62,817 bases of DNA from positions 1 through 62,817 of the forward strand of contig JAAYQV010000131.1 of assembly GCA_012519065.1 (NCBI GenBank), given 5' to 3'. Source of the DNA: Phytoplasma sp. Lineage in GTDB: Bacteria > Bacillota_I > Bacilli_A > Acholeplasmatales > Acholeplasmataceae. The position numbers and the translations under genes are program-made. Positions 21,152 to 31,366 of this stretch are shown one piece after another (position 1 is the first letter of the stretch; the number at the start of each line of letters is the position of its first letter). The notes under the pieces are model-generated. The model made no database searches, was not told the DNA's origin, and saw only the letters and a program-made list of their open reading frames with translations.

Positions 21152-21182
21152 AAAAAACCTCGGTACTTTATGTACTGAGGTT
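21152..21182 (-). terminator. Intrinsic terminator ending the eda-kduD operon
   Basis: AACCTCGGTAC/GTACTGAGGTT hairpin with U-tract. Confidence 0.8.
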
Positions 21183-21199
21183 CTAAAAATATTAAGGAT

Positions 21200-21973
21200 T
21201 TATCTTGCTAACCATCCACCATCAACAGCAAGTGTAAAACCGTTAATGTAGCTTGCATTATCAGATGCTAAGAAGACTGCAGCTCCTGCTAAATCTGCTG
21301 GGGTTCCCCAACGATCTGCTGGAATTCTTTCTAAGATTTCAGTTGATCTCTTATCATCAGCTCTTAATTGTTCTGTGTTATTTGTAGCCATATATCCTGG
21401 AGCGATTGCATTTACGTTAATGTTGTATTTTGCCCATTCATTAGCCATAGTCATTGTGATTCCTTTTACACCTGATTTAGATGCAGTATATGATGGAACA
21501 CGAATGCCTCCTTGGTATGATAACATAGATGCGATATTAATGATTTTACCACCAGTTTTTTGTGCTACATATTGATTTGCAACTGCTTGTGATAAGAAGA
21601 AAACAGTTTTTAAATTAATTGCTAATACATCATCCCAGTTTTTTTCTGAAAACTCTAATGAGTCTTCACGACGAATGATTCCAGCATTATTAACTAAAAT
21701 ATCTACTTTCCCAAATGCTTTTACAGCATCTGCAACTAATGCATTTAATGCTTCAGGAGTAGAATTTTTGATTAAATCCATCTTTACTCCGTGATATTTT
21801 CTACCAAATGCTTCTACTTGCGCTTTTGTTTCTGGTGCATCAACGTAGTCAACACCCACGATATCAGCTCCAGCTTCTGCAAGACCTAAAGCAATTCCTT
21901 GTCCTAACCCTGTTGAAGAACCAGTTACGATTGCAACTTTTCCTGCAAGGCTGAATTTATTTAAAATACTCAT
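21200..21973 (-). CDS. kduD: 2-dehydro-3-deoxy-D-gluconate 5-dehydrogenase
   Basis: SDR with TGSSTGLG, NNAGIIRR, SYQGGIRVPSYTASK, VDGGWLAR; adjacent to kduI. Confidence 0.96.
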   Translation of the reverse strand: MSILNKFSLAGKVAIVTGSSTGLGQGIALGLAEAGADIVGVDYVDAPETKAQVEAFGRKYHGVKMDLIKNSTPEALNALVADAVKAFGKVDILVNNAGIIRREDSLEFSEKNWDDVLAINLKTVFFLSQAVANQYVAQKTGGKIINIASMLSYQGGIRVPSYTASKSGVKGITMTMANEWAKYNINVNAIAPGYMATNNTEQLRADDKRSTEILERIPADRWGTPADLAGAAVFLASDNASYINGFTLAVDGGWLAR

Positions 21974-21987
21974 TTTGTAGCCTCCAA

Positions 21988-22824
21988 TTATTTTAAGTCT
22001 TTCATAGCAACATGATCCATGTCGTCATATGTTTGGTTTTCACCAGTCATTCCCCAAATGAATGTATAGTTTGATGTAGCAAACCCTGCATGGATTGACC
22101 AGCTTGGAGAAATTACTGCTTGTTCGTTTGACATAACAATATGTCTTGTTTCATTTGGTTCACCCATTAAGTGAAATACTCTTGTATCAGCTTCCATATT
22201 AAAGTAGAAGTAAACTTCCATTCTTCTGTCATGTGTATGAGCAGGCATAGTGTTCCATGAACTACCTTCTGCTAATTGAGTCATACCCATTTGTAATGCA
22301 CAAGTTTCTAATACTGCTGGGTTTAAATATTGATAAATTGTACGTTTGTTTAATGTTTTTGGATCTCCAATTTCTCTTGGATTCGCTTTTTCAAACGGAA
22401 TATGTACAGTTGGTAATTCTTTATGAGCAGGCGCGCTGTTTACATAGAATTTAGCTGGATTTTTAGGATCTTTAGAACCGAACACAATGTTTTTGTTTCC
22501 TTTTCCAACATATAATCCATCTTTAGAAACCATATCATATTTCTTCCCGTCAACAACGATGTATCCATCTCCACCAACGTTAATAACTCCTAATTCTCTT
22601 CTTTCTAAGAAATAGTCAGTTCCTAAGTCTTTTGTTACTGGTAATGCTACTTCTTTATTTACTGGTAAAATACCACCAGCAATGATTCTGTCATGGTGTG
22701 AATATGTAAATAAGATTTCGTCTGCCTCAAACACCTTTTCAATTAAGTATCTTTCTCTTAATTTAGCTGTATCATATTTTTTTGAATCCTCTGGGTGATT
22801 GTTATATCTAATATCTAATTTCAT
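21988..22824 (-). CDS. kduI: 5-dehydro-4-deoxy-D-glucuronate (DKI) isomerase
   Basis: [36 protein letters not shown]. Confidence 0.97.
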   Translation of the reverse strand: MKLDIRYNNHPEDSKKYDTAKLRERYLIEKVFEADEILFTYSHHDRIIAGGILPVNKEVALPVTKDLGTDYFLERRELGVINVGGDGYIVVDGKKYDMVSKDGLYVGKGNKNIVFGSKDPKNPAKFYVNSAPAHKELPTVHIPFEKANPREIGDPKTLNKRTIYQYLNPAVLETCALQMGMTQLAEGSSWNTMPAHTHDRRMEVYFYFNMEADTRVFHLMGEPNETRHIVMSNEQAVISPSWSIHAGFATSNYTFIWGMTGENQTYDDMDHVAMKDLK

Positions 22825-22838
22825 TTAATATTCCTCCT

Positions 22839-23654
22839 TTATTTTATTAATGAAGATATCAATTCATAACTTGTATTAATGTCATCACCTGTAACACCTT
22901 CAAATATTAATAAGGCATTTGGTAACTCCTGCTTAATTCTACTTATGATCGTTGGATAGTCCATTAATCCCTGACCTAATCCTACTTGTTTTAATTTATC
23001 ATTTTCAACGATAAAATCTTTTAAATGAAAAATGACAATGTGTTCTTTTAATAATTTAATACTCTCTTCAAATATTTCCATACGTCGAGGATAATTTTCG
23101 ATGTTTAAGAAATTGTATAAATCAATGGTTACTTTTAAATTAGGACTATTGATTTTATCAACTAATTCTTTAACACGTTGAGGATTTTGTGCTACATGCG
23201 CATAAGCCCCTTCAACAGCTATGTAACTGTTGTATTGCTCTGCTGTATGTGCTAAATCCTTAAAAATACGTATAACCTCATCTAAACTTTCCTGTGTATG
23301 ATTTTCTGGCATGTACCCCCATGGTGAACCCATAAGTGAGCCTGTTTCGCTTCCGACATATTTAGCGTTTAATTCGTTTGCTATTTTTAAGTGTTTTTTA
23401 AAGTTGTTAACACCTTGATCAACTATTTTTTTATCAGGATGTACTGGGTTAAAGTATGCTCCTAACATAAATATTTCTGGTTTAATACCGAAATGTTCTT
23501 TAATATTTTGTAGGTTTTCAAAATCAACTGGTTCATTAAGTGCTTTACCAAAAACTAGTTGCACACCTTCAAACTGATGTTCATTAACTTTTCTTGATAA
23601 CTCTTCTGCACTATATTTACCAATATCATGAGCCCTAATTCCTATTTTCAACAT
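22839..23654 (-). CDS. Sugar phosphate isomerase/epimerase (xylose isomerase-like TIM barrel), substrate unknown
   Basis: GIRAHD start; metal ligands in VEG, IDLYN, FHLKD, FEG. Confidence 0.85.
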   Translation of the reverse strand: MLKIGIRAHDIGKYSAEELSRKVNEHQFEGVQLVFGKALNEPVDFENLQNIKEHFGIKPEIFMLGAYFNPVHPDKKIVDQGVNNFKKHLKIANELNAKYVGSETGSLMGSPWGYMPENHTQESLDEVIRIFKDLAHTAEQYNSYIAVEGAYAHVAQNPQRVKELVDKINSPNLKVTIDLYNFLNIENYPRRMEIFEESIKLLKEHIVIFHLKDFIVENDKLKQVGLGQGLMDYPTIISRIKQELPNALLIFEGVTGDDINTSYELISSLIK

Positions 23655-23656
23655 AA

Positions 23657-24349
23657 TTAATCACCTAAATATCCTAATCTTCTTGATACAACTTTCCCTA
23701 ACTCAACAAAAGAATCGATGGTTTCTTGGTCTTCAGGTTCAGTATATAAGTCTGAAACTGATAAGACTCCTGTAACTTTGTTTTCAAAGTTTCTTACAGG
23801 AACTGCAATGATAGATATGCGACCTTGGTTTTCATCACTTAAAACATATCCTTTATCATATATTTCTTTTTCTTCAGGTGTTAAGTCTGAATATTTTTTC
23901 TCATTGAAAATTTTGAAAACTTTTGTGATTGGGTTGTTTTCTTCTTGAAGAACTGTACCTAACTCTTCAGGTGTTGCAATTAAGCTATTGCTTGGTTGAT
24001 ATTTATAAACTAGTACAATTTGATCCTTAGTTTTTTTACTAATAAATGATGTTTTTCCATATTCATCTGAATACTTTTTAAGTTCATATTCTGCCGCTTC
24101 AATGAGGTTTGAGTTTTTTGTATAAACCGAACCAATCGCAAACATTTTTGAACCTATAACATAATTTTTTAGTCTTGGATCTTTATAGTAAACTGCATCT
24201 TCTTTATATAGCGTTTGAAGAAAATCGTAAGCTGTTGCTTTTGGTATTCCCAACATACGATAGATTTGCCCCAAAGTTAAACCTTCTTCGTGTTGAGATA
24301 CCAATTCTAATATATCCAACAGACGTTTAACTGAGCGGTTTTCTTTCAT
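23657..24349 (-). CDS. IclR-family transcriptional regulator (KdgR-like)
   Basis: N-terminal HTH RSVKRLLDILE...LGIPKATAY; C-terminal IAVPV effector domain; located in the KDG operon. Confidence 0.88.
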   Translation of the reverse strand: MKENRSVKRLLDILELVSQHEEGLTLGQIYRMLGIPKATAYDFLQTLYKEDAVYYKDPRLKNYVIGSKMFAIGSVYTKNSNLIEAAEYELKKYSDEYGKTSFISKKTKDQIVLVYKYQPSNSLIATPEELGTVLQEENNPITKVFKIFNEKKYSDLTPEEKEIYDKGYVLSDENQGRISIIAVPVRNFENKVTGVLSVSDLYTEPEDQETIDSFVELGKVVSRRLGYLGD

Positions 24350-25368
24350 CGTTGTACTCTACCTGATGCGTCTCCTCCAGCTAGTTTATCAACTTCGTCT
24401 TCTGACATTAAGTTAAAGTCTCCTGGGATAGTGTGTTTTAACGCGCTAGCTGCTGCGGCAAACTCAACTGCTTGTGCTGGTTTACGTGTTAATAGTCCGT
24501 GGATTAACCCTGCTGAGAATGAGTCTCCCCCACCTACGCGGTCAATAATTGGATTGATTTCATAGCGTTTTGAGTGGTGGAATTCTTTTCCATCATATAA
24601 TAAGATGCTCCATCCATTGTGAGTAGCTGAGAATGATTCACGTAATGATGTTCCTACCATTTCAAAACCAAATGTTTCTGCCATTTCTTTAAAGATTGTT
24701 TTATAGCCTTCTATTTCAACTTTTCCTGAAGTTACATCTAATCCTTTAGGTACAAATCCTAATGTTAAAGCTGCATCTTCTTCGTTTCCAATACATACGT
24801 CAACGTATTGCATTAAATCACGCATTACTTCTTGCGCTTCAGCTGGTGTCCATAATTTAGCACGGTAGTTTAAGTCTACTGATACTTTAACACCATGTTT
24901 TTTAGCTGCGATTAATGCTGCTTTTGTTAATGCTGCTGCTTCTTTTGAAATAGCTGGTGTAATTCCTGACCAGTGGAACCAGTCTGCTCCTTCAAAAATT
25001 GCGTCAAAATCAAAATCTTCTGGTTTTGCTAAAGCGATTGCGCTATCTGCACGGTCATAGATAACTTTAGAAGCTCTCATTGATGCTCCTGTTTCTAAAT
25101 AATAAATACCTACTCTATCTCCACCACGTGCGATATAGTCTGTATGCACACCAAATTTACGTAATGCATTAACTGCGCTTTGTCCAATTTCATGTTTTGG
25201 TAATTTTGTTACAAAATGCGCTTCGTGTCCGTAGTTAGCTAAAGATACTGCAACGTTTGCTTCTCCTCCACCATATACTACGTCAAATGAATCACTTTGT
25301 ACAAATCTTTGATTTCCTGGAGTTGATAATCTTAGCATAATCTCCCCAAGTGTAATTACTTTTGCCAT
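24346..25368 (-). CDS. kdgK: 2-keto-3-deoxygluconate kinase (PfkB family)
   Basis: GEIMLRL, GGGEANVA, DLNYR, DRVGGGDSF, LKHTIPGD. Confidence 0.92.
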   Translation of the reverse strand: MAKVITLGEIMLRLSTPGNQRFVQSDSFDVVYGGGEANVAVSLANYGHEAHFVTKLPKHEIGQSAVNALRKFGVHTDYIARGGDRVGIYYLETGASMRASKVIYDRADSAIALAKPEDFDFDAIFEGADWFHWSGITPAISKEAAALTKAALIAAKKHGVKVSVDLNYRAKLWTPAEAQEVMRDLMQYVDVCIGNEEDAALTLGFVPKGLDVTSGKVEIEGYKTIFKEMAETFGFEMVGTSLRESFSATHNGWSILLYDGKEFHHSKRYEINPIIDRVGGGDSFSAGLIHGLLTRKPAQAVEFAAAASALKHTIPGDFNLMSEDEVDKLAGGDASGRVQR

Positions 25369-25391
25369 TTATAATGTCCTCCTAATTTTTA

Positions 25392-25853
25392 TTATTTCAA
25401 TTTTATTTTAAATACTGCTTTTTTCACAAATGACTGTTTTTCTGTTGCCAATTTTGGCATGTGTAAATCTTGTGGTAAAACGATTGCAAACATTTGGTCA
25501 TTTAAATATACTTTAGTGAAGTTTTCGATTTGGTATTTTTCAACATCTTTTTCCGGATTGTAAGCATCAGTTATTGTGATGCCTTCATTTTGTATATTGT
25601 GATAACCCATGTATTCAAATCCTGATAAAACAATTTGAATGTCGGCATAATTCTTATGCCCTTCAAAATAACATTTTTCTAAAGGTCTTGGTTCATAGTC
25701 TTCTCTCATTAAATAAACTTCTTTACCATCAATTTCATATTTACCTACTTCTAATTTGGATAAATCATTGTTTTTGATGTACTCTAAAGCCGTTTTAAAG
25801 TTTGGATGAAGATCAACATATTGTTCTAGGTTTACTAATTTATCTACAATCAT
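25392..25853 (-). CDS. YhcH/YjgK/YiaL (NanQ-like) family protein
   Basis: MIVDKL, FEGHKNYADIQ, PQDLHMP, VKKAVFKI. Confidence 0.9.
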   Translation of the reverse strand: MIVDKLVNLEQYVDLHPNFKTALEYIKNNDLSKLEVGKYEIDGKEVYLMREDYEPRPLEKCYFEGHKNYADIQIVLSGFEYMGYHNIQNEGITITDAYNPEKDVEKYQIENFTKVYLNDQMFAIVLPQDLHMPKLATEKQSFVKKAVFKIKLK

Positions 25854-26872
25854 CTTATAACCCTTCCTTCTTTGCTATTCATAAAGTTAAGAATATCTTC
25901 TTCCTCTAAGTTTAAAGCATCACCCCAAATGGTGTGTTTTAAAACAGAGGCTGATAGTCCAAAATTTAAAGCATAGAAAAGATCTTTCATATTCGTTTTT
26001 AATAGTCCATGAATAACACCTGCTGCAAACGCATCTCCTCCACCAATTCGATCATAGATATTAAATCGAATAGGCGCAGCATAGTATGCTTTATTTGCTT
26101 GGTAGCAGTATGCTGATAGTGCATTATCAGTTGCTGAGAATATTTCTCTTTTTGTACCAAAGACTTTGTCTCCATTATAAGTTTTTAACAAATCTTGTAA
26201 TAATTGTTCTTCTTGTTCACTTTCTGGAAGTTCTTGATTACGTTTTATTCCAAATAGTTTTTCTGCATCAAATGGGCTTGCGAAAAACAAATCTACATAA
26301 GGAGCTACTTTTTGAAAGTATGGTGCTGCCTCTTCTGTATTTTCCCATAGTTTTGATCTAAAATTACAGTCAAAACTTACATATACATTGTGTTTTTTTG
26401 CCGCTTCTAATGTATCAAATAATACACTTCTAACGTTTTCACCTAATGCTAATGTGATCCCGCTGAAATGAAACCATTTTGCTTTTGAAAAAATTTCATC
26501 GTAATCAAATTTTTCTGAATAAATAGAAGTTATAGCGGAATATTTTCTATTATATAAGACCTTAGATGGTCTACCACCAAAGCCTGGTTCTAAAAAATAT
26601 ATACCGATATTAGTTCCACCACGGTCAACATAATCTGTATTTACACCGTATCCTCTTAAGTGCTTAATCGCACCATCTCCTAATTGATTTTTAGGGAGTC
26701 TAGATAAAAAATACGCATTATGACCGAATTTTGAAAGTGAAACTGCAACGTTTGCTTCTCCACCGCCATAATTGGCAAGGAAACTTCTAGCACCTTCGAT
26801 TGTATTATATTCAGGGGGAGTTAAACGTAGCATAATCTCACCGAAGGTAATAATACGATTTTTTTTACTCAT
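25850..26872 (-). CDS. kdgK: Second 2-keto-3-deoxygluconate kinase-like PfkB sugar kinase
   Basis: GEIMLRL, GGGEANVA, DCNFR, DRIGGGDAF, LKHTIWGD. Confidence 0.82.
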   Translation of the reverse strand: MSKKNRIITFGEIMLRLTPPEYNTIEGARSFLANYGGGEANVAVSLSKFGHNAYFLSRLPKNQLGDGAIKHLRGYGVNTDYVDRGGTNIGIYFLEPGFGGRPSKVLYNRKYSAITSIYSEKFDYDEIFSKAKWFHFSGITLALGENVRSVLFDTLEAAKKHNVYVSFDCNFRSKLWENTEEAAPYFQKVAPYVDLFFASPFDAEKLFGIKRNQELPESEQEEQLLQDLLKTYNGDKVFGTKREIFSATDNALSAYCYQANKAYYAAPIRFNIYDRIGGGDAFAAGVIHGLLKTNMKDLFYALNFGLSASVLKHTIWGDALNLEEEDILNFMNSKEGRVIR

Positions 26873-27522
26873 TATTTTTTGTTAGCTCTTGCTTTTTGAA
26901 CTGCTTCAACAAATGCTTTAGCGTTAGCTACAACACCAGCATAATCTCCAGTATTAGCAGGTCTAGTCAATTCTCCCCCTACACCTACTGCTACAACACC
27001 GTTGTTAATCCATTCTTGAACGTTATCTAAGCTTACACCGCCTGTTGGCATAATGTTAACTTGTGGAAGTGGTCCTTTAACTGCTTTAACATAGCTTGCA
27101 CCAAATGCACTTCCTGGGAATAATTTAACGATATCACATCCAGCTTCCATTGCTGTAATCATTTCTGTGATTGTTAAACATCCTGGCATATATGGAATTT
27201 GGTATCTATTACATAATTTCGCTGTTTCTAAATCAAATCCTGGTGAAACAATGTAAGTTGCTCCTGCTAAAATAGCAGCTCTTGCTGTCTCAGCGTCTAA
27301 TACTGTTCCAGCACCTAAAATAAGCTCTTCTGGCTTAAATGTTTTTGCTAATTCTTTAATTACATCTACAGCACCTGGTACAGTAAAGGTAAGTTCAATT
27401 GCTGGGATTCCCCCTTGAATACATGCTTCTGAAATTTTAATTGCTTGTTCTGCATTTTCTGCACGAATAACTGCTACAACACCAACATCTGTGATGCGTT
27501 TCATTACATTTTGTTTGAACAT
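26872..27522 (-). CDS. eda: KDPG/KHG aldolase
   Basis: VVAVIR, IELT, GAGTVLD, Schiff-base Lys in VKLFP, MPTGGV. Confidence 0.96.
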   Translation of the reverse strand: MFKQNVMKRITDVGVVAVIRAENAEQAIKISEACIQGGIPAIELTFTVPGAVDVIKELAKTFKPEELILGAGTVLDAETARAAILAGATYIVSPGFDLETAKLCNRYQIPYMPGCLTITEMITAMEAGCDIVKLFPGSAFGASYVKAVKGPLPQVNIMPTGGVSLDNVQEWINNGVVAVGVGGELTRPANTGDYAGVVANAKAFVEAVQKARANKK

Positions 27523-27562
27523 AAATATATCTCCTTTATATAAGTGTTTATTATTACATACA

Positions 27563-27596
27563 CGTCTATTATAGTATTTTAAACCTATAAAGTCAA
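27563..27596 (-). promoter_or_regulatory. Sigma-A promoter of the eda-kdgK-kdu operon with a candidate IclR operator half-site
   Basis: TTGACT-17-TATAAT (27596-27568); CGTCTATTAT at 27563-27572 overlaps the -10 box and recurs upstream of uxaB. Confidence 0.75.
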
Positions 27597-27632
27597 TTTA
27601 TAAGGGCTTAAATATTAATTTTTTTTAAAAAT

Positions 27633-27659
27633 AAAAACTTGCCCTTTAAAGGACAAGTT
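27633..27659 (-). terminator. Intrinsic terminator after the GH28 gene
   Basis: AACTTGCCCTTT/AAAGGACAAGTT hairpin with U-tract. Confidence 0.75.
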
Positions 27660-27664
27660 CTTTC

Positions 27665-29215
27665 TTATTCATTACTAAAACTTTTGACACTTTCTAAAAG
27701 AATTGCTTCGTGATTTTTTGTATCAACGCCTTTTACATTAACGTTTTTCAAAACAACTTCATCAACGTGTCTAAATTGTAATCCTGCTTTAAGTTGTGGT
27801 TCTTGAAAGCTCATCATAGCAGGGATAAATGGCTTAGCATCGTCTGCAAAATTAATATCTACATTTTCAATTGTAATAGATTTAATTGGTTGTTCTGGTA
27901 GTCCGTAAAAGAAACCAGCTGCAGCATGTGCATCATCACATTTCATATCTTTAAATACAAATTTTCCTAAATAAGGAGTTCTTTGATCTAATGGTAAATG
28001 TTCTTTACTCCAAACATATTCTGTCTTGCCATCTGGGTCACAATAGTAATACATATTCATAACAAGAGGTGTCAAGACTTCTTTCATATATATGTTCTCA
28101 AATGTGATTCCGTCTATCACAGCGGACTCTCCACGCCCTCTTCTTGTTTTAATTCTAAGGCCTCTATCTGTTTTATAAAAGTAACATTGAGTCACTGTAA
28201 GGTCTTTAACACCGCCGCTCATTTCGCTGCCTAAAACAACCGCTCCATGACCATAAGCCATATAGCAGTTACGTACTGTCATATTAGACGTTGGTTTGCG
28301 ATATTTCATACCCATATCATATTTACCAGACTTGATTGCTATACAATCATCACCTACTGAAAAGTTAACACCGATGACATTAACATAATCACAACTTTCA
28401 GGATCACATCCATCAGTATTTGGTGAATCTTTAGGGCTAATTAATTTCATATCAATAAAATCAATGTAAGAACTAAAATATGGGTGTAGATTCCAAGATG
28501 GTGTATTGGTTACAGTCACACCTTGCATACCGATGTTAGAACAATTTGATAAGAAAACTCCTTTTGGTCTCCAAGCAATTCTTCTAACTTTTGCATCTAC
28601 CCACCAATCTGAATTTTGAGCATTTGCATCAATGATTCCTTCACCAATGATTTTAACGTTTGAAACTTCTACTCCGGTGATGATACTTGCGTATGTTTCA
28701 GATGGTGTTCCTTCCCAGCTTGCTAATTCAAGTAATGTGTCATCTGCTTTTTTAATTTGAGCTGGTAAAATTGGATATTTATGGCGATCGGTTTCTCCAA
28801 GTAAAGTTGCTCCTTTAACTAATTCAATAGTTAAGTCACTTCTTAGGAATAATGGTTTTACCCAATAGGTTCCTTCTGGAATTAAAACTCTACCGTTTTT
28901 AGGTACAGTTAGGATGGCGGTTTGAATTGCAATCGTATCATCATGAACGCCGTCACCTTTTGCTCCATAATCTTTAACGTTTACAGATGCTGATTCGAAG
29001 TCGGTTTTACATTTTAAGATAAAGTCTCCAACTTTAATTTCATACTCAGTATCAGGGTTTAAGTTATAGATTGAAAACACATTCGTATTGTGTTTTTCTA
29101 ATTTTTTCTCTCCGTTTACAAACACATCATAAGTTTCTTTTGAAAAATAAATATCTTTATTTTCTAACTCAAAAGTAAAACTTCTTGATGAACTAAAAAC
29201 TACATTAAACTTCAT
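27665..29215 (-). CDS. GH28 (exo-)polygalacturonase with an N-terminal FN3-like domain, cytoplasmic
   Basis: GH28 motifs SPNTDG, GDDC, GHG, RIK; LNPDTEYEI FN3-like segment; no signal peptide. Confidence 0.93.
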   Translation of the reverse strand: MKFNVVFSSSRSFTFELENKDIYFSKETYDVFVNGEKKLEKHNTNVFSIYNLNPDTEYEIKVGDFILKCKTDFESASVNVKDYGAKGDGVHDDTIAIQTAILTVPKNGRVLIPEGTYWVKPLFLRSDLTIELVKGATLLGETDRHKYPILPAQIKKADDTLLELASWEGTPSETYASIITGVEVSNVKIIGEGIIDANAQNSDWWVDAKVRRIAWRPKGVFLSNCSNIGMQGVTVTNTPSWNLHPYFSSYIDFIDMKLISPKDSPNTDGCDPESCDYVNVIGVNFSVGDDCIAIKSGKYDMGMKYRKPTSNMTVRNCYMAYGHGAVVLGSEMSGGVKDLTVTQCYFYKTDRGLRIKTRRGRGESAVIDGITFENIYMKEVLTPLVMNMYYYCDPDGKTEYVWSKEHLPLDQRTPYLGKFVFKDMKCDDAHAAAGFFYGLPEQPIKSITIENVDINFADDAKPFIPAMMSFQEPQLKAGLQFRHVDEVVLKNVNVKGVDTKNHEAILLESVKSFSNE

Positions 29216-29780
29216 CGTTATCATTTCCTTTGTTTTCTTTATATTTGCTTTTCAATTTAATAATTAGTTTTTTCACTCTAAACCAAATAAAATCCACCAG
29301 TAAAAAATACAACGCAAAACTAAATGGTTCTATACTATTAGGATATCCTGTAAACATACCTGAAAGTGTTGGTATCCCTATTGCTATAGATAAACTATTT
29401 ATTCCATAATTTAGGAAAAACGTCGCAGTTATAATTATGATCACATACAACATAGTAGAAAATAAGCTTAATGCTGATTTTCTTTTTATATAACCAAAAG
29501 GTAGATAGTCATAGGTAGGTGTTTTATCATTATTCATCCATATTATGATATTATTTGCAATAAATTCCATCATAAGTGTAGCGATAAGCACCATTGCTAA
29601 TTTTTCAGTTGATCCATCTTGACTCGCAAATTGTGGCGTCATATGAGATAGTAAAAAAGACGCACCTATTACCCAATATTTTAAAAACCCGATTTTTACA
29701 CCAGGTTTTATTTTTGAAAATTTATCTATACTATATGGATCAGGAATTTGATTTGGATCAATATCCTTTTTATTCTTCAA
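29205..29780 (-). CDS. Uncharacterised membrane protein (about 4 TM)
   Basis: Hydrophobic segments; overlaps both neighbouring genes. Confidence 0.75.
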   Translation of the reverse strand: MKNKKDIDPNQIPDPYSIDKFSKIKPGVKIGFLKYWVIGASFLLSHMTPQFASQDGSTEKLAMVLIATLMMEFIANNIIIWMNNDKTPTYDYLPFGYIKRKSALSLFSTMLYVIIIITATFFLNYGINSLSIAIGIPTLSGMFTGYPNSIEPFSFALYFLLVDFIWFRVKKLIIKLKSKYKENKGNDNDEV

Positions 29781-30282
29781 TTTTTACATACTTCCAATCT
29801 ACATAAATCCATGATAATACATTTGATACAATAACAAACACTAATGATGTTCCTAAGATAACCATAGAAATAATGGCTGTATTTGTTATAGAGTAAGCAG
29901 CTTGTCTACTTGGTTCTGTAATGAATACTACTACATATAAAATGTAGATAATTGTATGAATTAATGTTATAGCCGTACTCATAAATAACGTTTTTGGCGA
30001 CTGTGCTTTAGAAAATGAAAACGAAAAGAACAGTAATATTAATATTAATAAGTTCATAGCAAACAAGTAAAATGATGCCATATAATTAGTTAAATGATAT
30101 AAAGAAGCAATATGTGCTTCCCATTTGAAATTTCCAATTGAAAAGTCTAAAGTCCCATTAACCAAAAATGTCGCTACAATCATTAAATAAAATGGAATAT
30201 TTTGTTTTGAAAATGAGTACCATCTTGAAACTTTTTCCTTGAAAGTTCTTTGAATGTGGCTCGGTTTATCGTTGTTTTGCAT
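29770..30282 (-). CDS. Uncharacterised membrane protein (about 4 TM)
   Basis: Four hydrophobic segments; start MQNNDK at 30282 follows a GGAGG RBS inside the 3' end of the ATPase gene. Confidence 0.75.
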   Translation of the reverse strand: MQNNDKPSHIQRTFKEKVSRWYSFSKQNIPFYLMIVATFLVNGTLDFSIGNFKWEAHIASLYHLTNYMASFYLFAMNLLILILLFFSFSFSKAQSPKTLFMSTAITLIHTIIYILYVVVFITEPSRQAAYSITNTAIISMVILGTSLVFVIVSNVLSWIYVDWKYVKIEE

Positions 30283-31366
30283 AAATTCTTTCCTCCGTTT
30301 CACTATCAAAGAAGTAAACATCTTTAATATCAAATCCATATACAACTTCTTCATTTTCATGAATAGTTTCTCTAGCGCTTGTTTTTGCAATGACTTGTTG
30401 GTTATCTACATTAAAATAAATTAATGCTTCAGCACCAAGTAATTCAAAGTTTGTTGCTTTTGATACTAAGCCTTTAGCATATTGTGTTTTTCTTTCAACT
30501 CTAATTGCTTCAGGTCTAATTCCTATGGTGACATCTTTACCATGATATGGTTTTAATGATTCCGATACTTCTTTATCGTTGATTTCTACTTGGTTATCTG
30601 AAAAGAGTAATTTACCATCTTCGCTTATTTTTGCTTTAAATATATTCATTGGTGGTGTTCCAATAAAACTTGCTACAAATAAGTTTGCTGGGTCTTTATA
30701 TACTTCTGTTGGTGTCCCTACTTGTTGTATATAGCCATCTTTCATGATCACTATTCTATCTGCTAAGGTTAAAGCTTCTATTTGGTCATGGGTTACATAA
30801 ATCATAGTGGTGCCTAATTGGTGATGTAAAAGTTTTAATTCTTTTCTCATCGTTCCTCTTAATTTTGCATCTAGGTTTGATAGTGGTTCATCAAATAAGA
30901 AGATTTTAGGATTTCTTACCATGGCACGACCTACTGCTACACGTTGACGTTGCCCACCAGATAGATTAGCTGGCTTTCTATTTAAATATGGTGTTAAACC
31001 TAATATATTAGCTGCCCACATCACTCGTTGGTGAATATAGTCACTATTCTCTTTTCTTAACACTAAACTAAATGCCATGTTGTGGTATACCGTCATATGT
31101 GCATATAATGCATAGTTTTGAAACACCATCGCTATATCTCTATCCTTTGGTGCTCTTTCTGTCATATCCTCATCATCTATTAATAAGCTTCCTGATGAAA
31201 TTTCTTCTAATCCTGCCACCATTCTTAGGGTTGTGGATTTTCCACATCCTGATGGACCTACTAAAACGATGAATTCACCATCTTTGATTTCTAAATTAAA
31301 ATCATAGACTGCTTGAACCCCGTTGGGATATATTTTATTGATGTTTTTTAAACTCATTGTTGCCAT
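30266..31366 (-). CDS. CUT1 sugar ABC transporter ATP-binding subunit (MalK/MsmK/UgpC type)
   Basis: GPSGCGKST, VFQNYALY, LSGGQRQR, DEPLSNLD, C-terminal TOBE region (GIRPE). Confidence 0.95.
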   Translation of the reverse strand: MATMSLKNINKIYPNGVQAVYDFNLEIKDGEFIVLVGPSGCGKSTTLRMVAGLEEISSGSLLIDDEDMTERAPKDRDIAMVFQNYALYAHMTVYHNMAFSLVLRKENSDYIHQRVMWAANILGLTPYLNRKPANLSGGQRQRVAVGRAMVRNPKIFLFDEPLSNLDAKLRGTMRKELKLLHHQLGTTMIYVTHDQIEALTLADRIVIMKDGYIQQVGTPTEVYKDPANLFVASFIGTPPMNIFKAKISEDGKLLFSDNQVEINDKEVSESLKPYHGKDVTIGIRPEAIRVERKTQYAKGLVSKATNFELLGAEALIYFNVDNQQVIAKTSARETIHENEEVVYGFDIKDVYFFDSETEERIYAKQR

